Of a stretch of DNA of 64,000 nucleotides, positions 36,864 through 45,678 are shown in pieces. The notes beneath the pieces are model-generated. The model saw nothing but the letters and a program-made list of their open reading frames with translations. It ran no database searches and was not told the DNA's origin. The DNA comes from Acidobacteriota bacterium (lineage in GTDB: Bacteria; Acidobacteriota; UBA6911), in contig JAAYAJ010000002.1 of assembly GCA_012719455.1 (NCBI GenBank), positions 929-64,928 on the forward strand, read 5' to 3'. Position 1 is the first letter of the stretch; each line of letters opens with the position of its first letter. The translations under genes were made by a program, and so were the position numbers.

Positions 36864-37553
36864 ATGAAGAAGAAGTACCGCGGATACCTCCGGGAAACCC
36901 GGCGGCCGGTCTACTCGGCCGCCCTGGTTTTTCCCTTTCTGCTGGTGTACCACGCCGGGACGTTCCTTGCCGACACCACGCACATCAACGGCGCCGACGC
37001 GTTGATCCTCCGGATCCTCGGCGCACTCGGCATCTATTCCGTCTACGCCTCCGCCCTGGTACTGGCCGCGATGCTGGCGGCCTGGCAATGGCGCACGCGC
37101 GCGCCCGGCAGGATCCGCCCCCGCCTGCTGGCGCTCTGCCTGCTCGAGAGCGCCTGTTTCGCCCTCGTGCTCCTGGCCCTGTTCGGCTGGCTCGGCCCGC
37201 GTCTTCCCCTGGCGGCCGGGGGCCCCGGGATCAGTAACTTCATCCTCTACTGCGGCGCCGGCGTATACGAGGAGTTGCTCTTCCGGTGGATCCTCGTCGG
37301 CTTCCTCCTCTGGCTTTTCCGTAAAGTCCTGCCTCCCGCCGCGGCGACGGCGGCTGCCGTCCTCTCGGCGGCGCTGGTATTCGCGGCCTTTCACTACCTC
37401 GGCCCCGGCGGAGACCCGTTCTCCCCGGGAAGTTTTGCCCTGCGGACGGCGGGCGGGTTATATTTCGGCGTGATTTTCATCGCCCGGGGGTTCGGCGTGG
37501 CCGCGGCGTCCCATGCCCTGTACGATATCTTTCTCGGGATCGCCGCCTGTTGA
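36864..37553 (+). CDS. CPBP-family intramembrane metalloprotease (CAAX protease self-immunity family).
   Basis: EELLFRWIL, FAAFHY and HALYD motifs in a polytopic protein. Confidence 0.7.
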   Translation: MKKKYRGYLRETRRPVYSAALVFPFLLVYHAGTFLADTTHINGADALILRILGALGIYSVYASALVLAAMLAAWQWRTRAPGRIRPRLLALCLLESACFALVLLALFGWLGPRLPLAAGGPGISNFILYCGAGVYEELLFRWILVGFLLWLFRKVLPPAAATAAAVLSAALVFAAFHYLGPGGDPFSPGSFALRTAGGLYFGVIFIARGFGVAAASHALYDIFLGIAAC

Positions 37554-37578
37554 ACCCGCGGATTGCGGAAGGGATTCC

Positions 37579-38262
37579 ATGATGCAGAGGATCGGATACG
37601 TCATCTTCGACAACGACGGGCTCCTGCTCGACACGGAGCCTTTTTACACCCGCGCCCACGAGGTGGTCGCCGCCCGCTTCGGCAAGGTGTTCGACTGGAC
37701 GGTTAAATCCCGGATGATCGGGCTCCGCGCCGAGGACTCCGCCCGGGTGATGATCGAGAGCCTGGGGATCCCCCTGTCGGTTCCCGAGTACCTCGAGGCG
37801 CGCCAGGGAATGCTCGACGAGCTCTTCCCCGGGGCGGAACCGTTGCCCGGGGCGGTGCGCCTCAGCCGCCACCTCCACCGGCACGGCATTCCCATGGCGG
37901 TGGCCACGAGCTCCAACCGCCGCCATTTCGACCTGAAAATCACCCGGCACCGGGAGTGGTTCCGCATCTTCTCCTCGGTTGTCACCGGCGACGACCCGGA
38001 GGTCGGCCGCGGCAAGCCCGCGCCCGATATCTTCCTGCTGGCGGCCCGGAATCTCGGGGCCGACCCGGAGCGCTGCCTGGTCTTCGAGGACTCCCCCGCC
38101 GGGGTCGCCGCGGCGCGCGCCGCCGGGATGTACGTTGTCGCGGTCCCCGACCCGCACATGGAGGAAAGCGCCTACGGCGCGGCGCACCAGGTCCTCCGCA
38201 GCCTCGTCGACCTGGATTTGCCCGCCTGGGGGCTCCCGCCGCTCGGAGAGGAGGAAGAATGA
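37579..38262 (+). CDS. HAD-superfamily hydrolase (subfamily IA, beta-phosphoglucomutase-like).
   Basis: [15 protein letters not shown] motif I; VATSSNRR motif II; GRGKPAPD...[16 protein letters not shown]. Start at internal M23. Confidence 0.75.
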   Translation: MMQRIGYVIFDNDGLLLDTEPFYTRAHEVVAARFGKVFDWTVKSRMIGLRAEDSARVMIESLGIPLSVPEYLEARQGMLDELFPGAEPLPGAVRLSRHLHRHGIPMAVATSSNRRHFDLKITRHREWFRIFSSVVTGDDPEVGRGKPAPDIFLLAARNLGADPERCLVFEDSPAGVAAARAAGMYVVAVPDPHMEESAYGAAHQVLRSLVDLDLPAWGLPPLGEEEE

Positions 38263-38681
38263 AAAGCCACCGCAAGGTACTCGAAGTTTTCATCCCGGAC
38301 CGCATGGCGTTCCGCAACATCACCCCGGAGGTCCAGGCCGCGCTCGACGAGAGCGGCGTCCGTGAAGGCCTCGTCCTCGTCAACGCCATGCACATCACCG
38401 CCAGCGTTTTCATCAACGACGACGAGCCGGGCCTGCACGAGGATTACGCCCGCTGGCTGGAACGGCTGGCCCCCTTCGACGCGGGGACCAAGGTCTACCG
38501 CCACAACCTCACCGGCGAGATCAACGGCGACGCCCACCACAAGCGGCAGATCATGGGACGCGAAGTGGTCGTGGCCGTCACCGGCGGGGCGCTCGATTTC
38601 GGCCCCTGGGAACAGATCTTCTACGGCGAGTTCGACGGCGGGCGCAAAAAGCGGATCCTGATCAAGATCATCGGGGAATGA
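38259..38681 (+). CDS. yjbQ: YjbQ/UPF0047-family protein (secondary thiamine-phosphate synthase family).
   Basis: 140 aa with [22 protein letters not shown]...[18 protein letters not shown] overlap with the HAD gene. Confidence 0.75.
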   Translation: MKSHRKVLEVFIPDRMAFRNITPEVQAALDESGVREGLVLVNAMHITASVFINDDEPGLHEDYARWLERLAPFDAGTKVYRHNLTGEINGDAHHKRQIMGREVVVAVTGGALDFGPWEQIFYGEFDGGRKKRILIKIIGE

Positions 38682-38688
38682 AACATCG

Positions 38689-39771
38689 TCAGAGGTATTG
38701 CGCGATGCGGGCCGCGGCGATTTCGTCCCCGCCCCCCGTCAGCCGCTCCGCCGGTCCCGCGCTCAGCTCGAGCCGGTCGAGAAACGGGCCCAGGTTGCCC
38801 CGGTAGAGCTCTTCGGCGGGGATGTGGACGTGCTTGAGGTAACGGCCGACGGCGGCCTCGAGCACCGGGTATTCCCTGAAATCGCTCCGCTCGGCGTAGG
38901 CCAGCGGCTTATGGTTGACGACGCAGTCGGACAGGATCCCGAAGCCGGGCTTGGAAACCACCGCGTCGACCGAGGCGACCACGTCGGAAAAGGGGACGCG
39001 CTCCCGGTCCAGGGCATGGAAGTGGGGCGACTCCCACCGGAGCGGCAGGACGGTGAAAAACTCGCGATCCCCGTTCTCTGCGGCGCGGGCCAGGGCCCCG
39101 TCGTCCCATTCGAGCGTCGTGAAGGAGAGGAGGACCCATTCCCGGTCCGGGTCGCACCCCGCGATCCGCGCGATCTCCTCCCGCCGGCACCGGCCGGGGG
39201 TCGCGACCAGGGGAATTTCCTCGCTGCGGGGAAAGGAGTCCATCGCGGGGGAAAACGGAAGGCGCAGGAGCATGTCTGTCCGGGCGTACCCGGCGGCGAA
39301 GATATCGACCACCGCCCGCCACCGGGGACTGCGGTCGAGGAATCCGGCGTAAATCCAGTCCCAGGAAAAGTTGCCGACCGCCAGCGCGGGGACGCCCATC
39401 CCGGCGGCCGCCTCGATGGGAAACGCCGGGATGTCCGCCACCACGACGCCGATCCTCCGCTCGCGGAGAAACACGCTCTCCGCGTCGATGAGCTCCCGGC
39501 GCCGGGAGCACAGCCGCTCCACCCGATCCAGCGTGGCCTCGACATCCACCCGGATCGAGTCGAGCTGGACCATCCCGACATCGAAGGATCCCGGGCGCAG
39601 GGCGTACCCGCCGGGCCCGAGCTGGCTGCGCACGAACGCCTCGTCGAGCCCGCTCACCACCCAGACCGGCACCTCCGGCCGCAGGCGCCGGAAGGCCCGG
39701 ATGATATCGCACGACCGGCGGCCGTGCCCGTAGCCGTGGGCCGTGATGTAGTAAGCGACTCCCCGTTCCAT
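38689..39771 (-). CDS. GT-B glycosyltransferase-like protein (MJ1255/UDP-glycosyltransferase-like).
   Basis: AYYITAHGYGHGRRS N-terminal signature. 1-nt stop/start overlap (TGATG) with trxB upstream. Confidence 0.5.
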   Translation of the reverse strand: MERGVAYYITAHGYGHGRRSCDIIRAFRRLRPEVPVWVVSGLDEAFVRSQLGPGGYALRPGSFDVGMVQLDSIRVDVEATLDRVERLCSRRRELIDAESVFLRERRIGVVVADIPAFPIEAAAGMGVPALAVGNFSWDWIYAGFLDRSPRWRAVVDIFAAGYARTDMLLRLPFSPAMDSFPRSEEIPLVATPGRCRREEIARIAGCDPDREWVLLSFTTLEWDDGALARAAENGDREFFTVLPLRWESPHFHALDRERVPFSDVVASVDAVVSKPGFGILSDCVVNHKPLAYAERSDFREYPVLEAAVGRYLKHVHIPAEELYRGNLGPFLDRLELSAGPAERLTGGGDEIAAARIAQYL

Positions 39772-40700
39772 CAGGCCGGGTTGGCCCCCAGCCAGCGTTC
39801 AGCGCGGAGCGCCGCCATGCAGCCGAAAGCGGCGGCCGTGACCGCCTGCCGGTAGTTGGGGTCGTGCACATCCCCGGCCGCGAAAACACCCTCCACGCTC
39901 GTTTCCACGTCGTTGCGGGTGACGATGTAACCCTGTGGGTTCAGTTCCAGCGCACCCCCGAGGAATTCGGTGGCCGGCTGGTGCCCGATCCCCATGAACA
40001 CCCCCCCGATCGCCACCCTGCGCTCCTGGCCGGTCCTGACGTCCTTGACGGTGACCGCCTCGAGCGCCTCCGCCCCGTGATAGGCGGTGAGCACGCTGTT
40101 CCAGAGAAAGTCGATCTTCGGCTCCCGCTCCGCCCGCTCTTGCATGATCCGGCTGGCGCGCAACTCATCCCGGCGGTGCACCACGGTCACCTTCGAGGCG
40201 TGGTGTGCCATCGTCAGCGCCTCCTCCAGGGCGGTGTCCCCGCCCCCCACCACCATGACCTCCTGGTTGCGGAAGAACATCCCGTCGCAGACGGCGCAGG
40301 CCGAAAGTCCCCGGTTGCGGAACCGGTCCTCGTCCGGCAGGTCGAGCCACCGGGCCCTGGCCCCGGTGGCGACGATCACCGTGCGCGCCTCCACCCATCC
40401 CGACCGGGAGCGGACGCGCAACGGACCCCGGAAGTCGACCTCCTCGGCGTCCTCCTCGAGCATCTCCACGTCGAACCGGAGCACCTGTTGTTTCATCCGC
40501 TCCATGAGGTCGGGCCCCTGGACCCCTTCGGGAAACCCGGGGAAATTCTCCACCTCGCTCGTGTACATGAGCTGGCCCCCCGGCATCTGCAGCCCCCTGG
40601 GTTCGGAAGCGAGCAGGAGCGGGGCCAGACCCGCCCGCGCCGCGTAGATGGCCGCGGTGTATCCCGCGGGTCCGGAACCGATGATGACGACGTTTCTCAT
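39771..40700 (-). CDS. trxB: Thioredoxin reductase.
   Basis: MRNVVIIGSGPAGYTAAIYAARAG; redox-active CAVCDG; GGGDTALEEA NADPH site. Confidence 0.9.
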   Translation of the reverse strand: MRNVVIIGSGPAGYTAAIYAARAGLAPLLLASEPRGLQMPGGQLMYTSEVENFPGFPEGVQGPDLMERMKQQVLRFDVEMLEEDAEEVDFRGPLRVRSRSGWVEARTVIVATGARARWLDLPDEDRFRNRGLSACAVCDGMFFRNQEVMVVGGGDTALEEALTMAHHASKVTVVHRRDELRASRIMQERAEREPKIDFLWNSVLTAYHGAEALEAVTVKDVRTGQERRVAIGGVFMGIGHQPATEFLGGALELNPQGYIVTRNDVETSVEGVFAAGDVHDPNYRQAVTAAAFGCMAALRAERWLGANPA

Positions 40701-40757
40701 AAACGCACCCGTATGGTTAAGAGTTGAATAGCGCCGAATATAGCAGAACGGTTCCGG

Positions 40758-42401
40758 TCAGGTCACCACCGTGGGACCGGTGCGACCGAAGCGCTCCCGG
40801 AGCCGGAACAGGTCGTGCGCGGCCTCGACCAGGGGCGCGAGCGTCTCCCCCTCGCCCAGTCCCCCGTCCCCAAGGACCCTTTCGAAGTAGAGCCGCAGCG
40901 TCGCCCCCTCCGTCCCCGTCCCCGAGAGCCGGGCCACGATGCGCGACCCGTCGTCGCCGAGGACCCGGATCCCCTGCCTCCGGCTGACGCTGCCGTCGAC
41001 CGGGTCGGTGTAGCTGAAGTCGTCGGCGTGCCGCACCACGGCGCCCGCCAGCCGCGTGCCGGCAAGCGCGGACACCCGGTCCCTCCACTCGCCCATGGCC
41101 CCGTCGGCCGCCCCGGTGTCAAGCCCCTCGTAGTCGTGCCTCTGGAAATAGCTGCGTCCGAAGCGGCGCCAGTGGCTGATGAGCGTCTCCCCCACCGAGA
41201 CGCGGGTGACGGCCAGGATCGAGAGCCAGCAGAGGACGGCCCAGAGCCCATCCTTTTCCCGCACGTGGTCCGACCCCGTGCCGAAGCTCTCCTCCCCGCA
41301 CAACGTGCATTGCCCCGAATCCATCAGGTTGCCGAAGAACTTCCACCCGGTCGGCGTCTCGTGGCAGGGGATCCCCAACGCCCGGGCCACTCGGTCCACG
41401 GCCGTGCTGGTGGGCATCGAACGCGCCACCCCCCGCAGCCCGGAGCGGTAGCCGGGGATGCACCCGGCCGCGTGCTCGGCAAGGACCGCGAGCGAATCCC
41501 CCGGGCTCACGTAAATCCCCCGCCCCATGATCATGTTGCGGTCGCCGTCCCCGTCGCAGGCGGCGCCCATGTCCGGGGCGTCGCTAAGCGACATCCGCCG
41601 CACCAGTTCGCGGGCGTGCCGCTGGTTGGGATCGGGAGGCTCCCCGCCGAAGTCCTCGAGCGGCGTCCCGCGGATGACGGTGCCCTCGGGGGCGCCCAGC
41701 ATCCCTTCCAGGATGGTCCGCGCGTATGGTCCCGTAACCCCGTGCATGGCATCGAACAGGAGCCGGAAGCCGGACCGGAAGAGTTCCCGGAGGACCTCGA
41801 AGTCGAACAGCCCCTCGAGGACCGCGATGTAATCGGAGGTCGGGTCGATGACGACCACCTCGGCGCCGCCCAGCCGGACGGCGCCCTCCCGGTCCAGGTC
41901 CACTCCGGGCGCCTCGAGCGAAAGGTAGCGCCCGAGCACGCGCGAGTGCGCATAGATCCTTTCAGTGACTTTCTCGGGGGCCGGGCCGCCGTTGTGGGTA
42001 TTGAACTTGATCCCGAAATCGGCCTCGGCCCCACCGGGGTTGTGGCTTGCCGTCAGCAGGATCCCCCCGACGGCCCCCCGGCGGCGGATGACGGCCGACA
42101 TCGCCGGCGTCGACAGCAGGCCGCCGCGCCCGACCAGGATGCGCCCGAAACCGTTGGCCGCGGCGATCTTCAGGATCGACTGGATCGCTTCCCGGTTGTG
42201 GTAGCGACCGTCGCCGCCGACGACGAGGGTCTTCCCGGAAAAATCGGGAACCTCCTCGCGCACCGCGTCGAAGATCGCCTGCGTGAAATTCTCGACGTAA
42301 TGGGGCTGCATGAAGCGCCGCGTCTTCCTGCGCAGTCCCGAGGTACCGGGACGCTGGTCGTCGAAGGGGGTGGTCCGCACACTCACACTTTTACTTTCCA
42401 T
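40758..42401 (-). CDS. pgm: Phosphoglucomutase (alpha-D-glucose phosphate-specific).
   Basis: TASHNPGG active-site Ser loop; DGDGDRNM metal-binding loop; GEESFG sugar-binding loop. Start at internal M7. Confidence 0.85.
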   Translation of the reverse strand: MESKSVSVRTTPFDDQRPGTSGLRRKTRRFMQPHYVENFTQAIFDAVREEVPDFSGKTLVVGGDGRYHNREAIQSILKIAAANGFGRILVGRGGLLSTPAMSAVIRRRGAVGGILLTASHNPGGAEADFGIKFNTHNGGPAPEKVTERIYAHSRVLGRYLSLEAPGVDLDREGAVRLGGAEVVVIDPTSDYIAVLEGLFDFEVLRELFRSGFRLLFDAMHGVTGPYARTILEGMLGAPEGTVIRGTPLEDFGGEPPDPNQRHARELVRRMSLSDAPDMGAACDGDGDRNMIMGRGIYVSPGDSLAVLAEHAAGCIPGYRSGLRGVARSMPTSTAVDRVARALGIPCHETPTGWKFFGNLMDSGQCTLCGEESFGTGSDHVREKDGLWAVLCWLSILAVTRVSVGETLISHWRRFGRSYFQRHDYEGLDTGAADGAMGEWRDRVSALAGTRLAGAVVRHADDFSYTDPVDGSVSRRQGIRVLGDDGSRIVARLSGTGTEGATLRLYFERVLGDGGLGEGETLAPLVEAAHDLFRLRERFGRTGPTVVT

Positions 42402-42529
42402 GCGCATATGATAACCCATTTCGGCGGGATGCCCCGCAGGTTTTTGCGCCCGCGACGGCTGCCGAAACCCCCTCCCCTGTGGTACTCTGGTCAGGCCAGG
42501 AAACCACCATTCCTCGAGGAGGAGATCTC

Positions 42530-42991
42530 ATGAAAAAAGACGACTTTTACCAGTACGCGGTGGACGGCTACCGTCCGGTCGAAAACATGATGAAGATGAT
42601 CCCGGCCGACAAGCTGGACTGGAAACCGGGCGACGGCTTCATGACGCTCGGGCAGCTCATCCGCCACCTCGGCGACGGCATCGGCACCGAACTGGAGATG
42701 CTGGTCCATAACAGCTGGGCGACACCGGCCGAGGGGATGCCCTCCTGCGATGTCGCCGATGCCCTGTCCCGGCTGGAACGGGACAAGGGTACGCTGCGCG
42801 CCGTGCTGGACGGCCTGACCGAGGAGGAGTTCGCCAACAAGGTGGCCTCCACCCCCTGGGGCGCCGCGGGCACGCTGGAGAAGATGGCCTTCTCCTTCCA
42901 GGAGCACTTCACCAACCACAAGATGCAGCTCTTCACCTATCTCAAGCTGCTCGGGTTCCCCGTCAACACGCAGACCCTGTACGGGGGATAG
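42530..42991 (+). CDS. DinB/YfiT-like (DinB_2 superfamily) four-helix-bundle protein.
   Basis: 153 aa. LGQLIRHLGD...EEF...HFTNHKMQLFTYLKLLG histidine pattern. RBS gaggaggag. Confidence 0.6.
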   Translation: MKKDDFYQYAVDGYRPVENMMKMIPADKLDWKPGDGFMTLGQLIRHLGDGIGTELEMLVHNSWATPAEGMPSCDVADALSRLERDKGTLRAVLDGLTEEEFANKVASTPWGAAGTLEKMAFSFQEHFTNHKMQLFTYLKLLGFPVNTQTLYGG

Positions 42992-43036
42992 GCCGACGGC
43001 CGGTCCTCCAACCGCCCCCTGTTCGAGCGCACAAAA

Positions 43037-45661
43037 ATGTTTCGAAAACCCTTACCAACGCTTTTCCCCCGCCCGGTGGTCCTCCTGCTCGGGTTCTGGC
43101 TCACAGCCACCGCCTTCCAGGGCGCCCCGGAGGACGCCTGGGCGGAGCGGACGCTCGCCGGGCTCTCCCTCAGGGACAAGATCGCGCAGCTGGTGCAGAT
43201 CCGGGTCCCGGGAACGTTCCTCAACCGCCGGGGCCCCGAATTCCTGAAGATTGCGGCGGAGATCCGGGAGCACCACGTCGGAGGGGTGGTCCTGTTCGCG
43301 GGCCATGTCCACGAATCGGCCGTACTGCTGAACGAACTGCAGGGCATGTCCCGGCTGCCGCTGCTGGTCGCCTCCGATTTCGAGCGTGGGGCGGCTTTCA
43401 GGATTTCGGATACGACCCCCTTCCCCTGGACGATGGCGCTCGGCGCGGCGGGGGACGAATCCCTGGCCTACCGGCAGGGCCGCGTCACGGCCCGCGAGGC
43501 GCGCGCCCTGGGGGTGCACTGGATCTTCGCTCCCGTGGTGGACATCAACAGCAATCCCGAAAACCCCGTCATCAACATCCGGTCGTTCGGGGAGGACCTG
43601 GAAACCGTCGCCCGCCTGGGCGCCGCTTTCATCCGCGGGGCGCGCGAGGGGGGGGTGCTGACCACGGCGAAGCATTTTCCCGGGCATGGGGACACGGCGG
43701 TCGATTCCCACCTCGGCCTGCCGGTGATCAGGGCGGATGCCCGGCGGCTGCGCTCGCTGGAATTCGTCCCCTTCCAAAGCGCCATCGCGGCGGGGGTGGA
43801 CTCCATCATGACGGCTCATGTCGCGGTCCCCGGAATAACGGGAGACGCGGGGGTTCCCGCCACCCTTTCCGCCAGGGTGCTTACCGACGCCCTGCGCGGA
43901 GAACTGGGGTTTGAGGGACTGGTCGTCACCGACGCCCTGGAAATGGCCGGGGTCACCGGCCGCTACTGGGGCGGCCGCGCGGCCGTGGCCGCGCTCGCGG
44001 CCGGGGCCGATATCCTGCTTTTGCCCACCGACGCGCTCGTGGCCATCAACGAGGTCGAGCGCGCCGTCGGGCGCGGGGAGATTTCCGAAGCCCGCATCGA
44101 CGCCTCGGTCCTGAAGATCCTCAAGGCCAAGAGCCGGCTGCGGCTCCATCTTCACCGGCGGGTCGAGCTCCCCTCCATCGGCTCCGACGTGGCCGCGCCG
44201 GAAAGCCTCGCCCTGGCCCAGGAAATCGCCGATCGCGCCGTCACCGTCGTCAGGGACGATGCACGGCGGCTGCCGCTCGACCCAGTCGCGGAACCGAGGA
44301 TCTACAGCCTCGTGCTGACCCCCGGCCTCGATTCTTCCCCCGCGTCCGTTTTCCAGGCCGAACTGCGCCGCCGGTTTCCCACCGTGACCACGGCCTGGGC
44401 CAACGCCCGCATCCCCGCCGATCAGGAGGAGGCGATCTTGAAAAGCGCGGCGAACGCGGACGTCGTCCTCTGCTCCATCGTGATGCGGCTGGCGACCGGC
44501 CAGCCGTCCCAGTCGATCCCGGCCGCGCAGCGCCGGATCCTGGCACGGCTGGCCGCGTCCCCCCGGCCGGTGATCTGGATCGCGCTGGGAAGCCCCTACG
44601 TACTTGAAATGGCGCCCCCGTCGGTCACATCCCTGTGCACCTTCAGCACCTCCGAATCCTCGCAGATCGCCGCCGCAAAAGCGCTCTCGGGCGCCGTCCG
44701 GGTCGCGGGGAGGCTCCCCGTCTCGATCCCGCGCTATGCCGGCGCCGGCTCCGGGATCGAGATCCCGCGGCTCAAAATGGTGCTCGAGCCTGCAGACGCG
44801 CTCTCGATGGGGCTTTCCCCGGACGCTTTCGATCCCACCCGCCGCTCTATCCGTGACCTGACCGGGGCCGGGGTGCTGCCCGGCGTCCAGCTCGTCGTCG
44901 GGCTCCGCGGAAAGATCGTGTTCGAAGCCTCCGCCGGTCGCGGTGGCCCCGATCCCGACGCCCCCGCCGTCCTGCCGGAAACGGTCTTCGACCTGGACAC
45001 CCTGTCGCTCCCGGCGGCGGCCACCATGGCGGCCGCCCCGGCGATGGAAGAAAGGGCGTTCGACCTCCGTTCCCCCCTCGCCGACTATGTCCCCGAGGCC
45101 GCGGACCGGGCGCCCGGAGCCGGGGCCATCCTGGACCTCCTCGGTCCCCTCTCGGGCCCGTCACCGGGCGAAGAGCCCGCGGAGCTCTTCACGGAAGCGG
45201 TTTCACGCTCGCTCGGAGTCCCCTGGCACCGCTTCGTCTCGGAAAACCTCTTTGCGCCGCTCGGTATGAAGCACACGTCCCACACCCCCCCGGCCCGGCT
45301 GCACACAGCGGGACGCCCGACGCCGCTCTCCCTGTACGGCACGGCCCGCGACCTGGCGGTGTGGGCGCAGATGCTGCTCAACCGCGGCCTGTACGACCAT
45401 CGCCGCCATGCGCGCGCCGCCACGATCACGGCGCTCACCGGCTCGCGGGGGCCCTGGTCGAAGCCGTCCGGGGCGGACTGGACCGCGGGCCTGGGGCGCT
45501 CCGCCTACGGGCACAACGCGCCCAACGGCTCCTTTTTCTGGGTGGACCCGGAACGGAAGCTCTTCGTCATCCTGCTTGCCAACGGACGAAAGGGGGACGC
45601 CGCGGTGCTCGAGGCCCAGCGGGTCCTGGCGGAATCGGTCCTCGCGGCGCTCTCCAAGTGA
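43037..45661 (+). CDS. Secreted GH3 beta-N-acetylhexosaminidase (NagZ-like) fused to a C-terminal beta-lactamase/serine-hydrolase-like domain.
   Basis: Signal peptide. GH3 motifs KHFPGHGDTAVDSH, ITDALEMAG. C-terminal domain ...FDLDTLSLP...YGHNAPNGSFFWVDPERKLFVILLANG is beta-lactamase-like but lacks the SxxK lysine. Confidence 0.75.
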   Translation: MFRKPLPTLFPRPVVLLLGFWLTATAFQGAPEDAWAERTLAGLSLRDKIAQLVQIRVPGTFLNRRGPEFLKIAAEIREHHVGGVVLFAGHVHESAVLLNELQGMSRLPLLVASDFERGAAFRISDTTPFPWTMALGAAGDESLAYRQGRVTAREARALGVHWIFAPVVDINSNPENPVINIRSFGEDLETVARLGAAFIRGAREGGVLTTAKHFPGHGDTAVDSHLGLPVIRADARRLRSLEFVPFQSAIAAGVDSIMTAHVAVPGITGDAGVPATLSARVLTDALRGELGFEGLVVTDALEMAGVTGRYWGGRAAVAALAAGADILLLPTDALVAINEVERAVGRGEISEARIDASVLKILKAKSRLRLHLHRRVELPSIGSDVAAPESLALAQEIADRAVTVVRDDARRLPLDPVAEPRIYSLVLTPGLDSSPASVFQAELRRRFPTVTTAWANARIPADQEEAILKSAANADVVLCSIVMRLATGQPSQSIPAAQRRILARLAASPRPVIWIALGSPYVLEMAPPSVTSLCTFSTSESSQIAAAKALSGAVRVAGRLPVSIPRYAGAGSGIEIPRLKMVLEPADALSMGLSPDAFDPTRRSIRDLTGAGVLPGVQLVVGLRGKIVFEASAGRGGPDPDAPAVLPETVFDLDTLSLPAAATMAAAPAMEERAFDLRSPLADYVPEAADRAPGAGAILDLLGPLSGPSPGEEPAELFTEAVSRSLGVPWHRFVSENLFAPLGMKHTSHTPPARLHTAGRPTPLSLYGTARDLAVWAQMLLNRGLYDHRRHARAATITALTGSRGPWSKPSGADWTAGLGRSAYGHNAPNGSFFWVDPERKLFVILLANGRKGDAAVLEAQRVLAESVLAALSK

Positions 45662-45678
45662 CCCCGGGCCCGCGTGTC

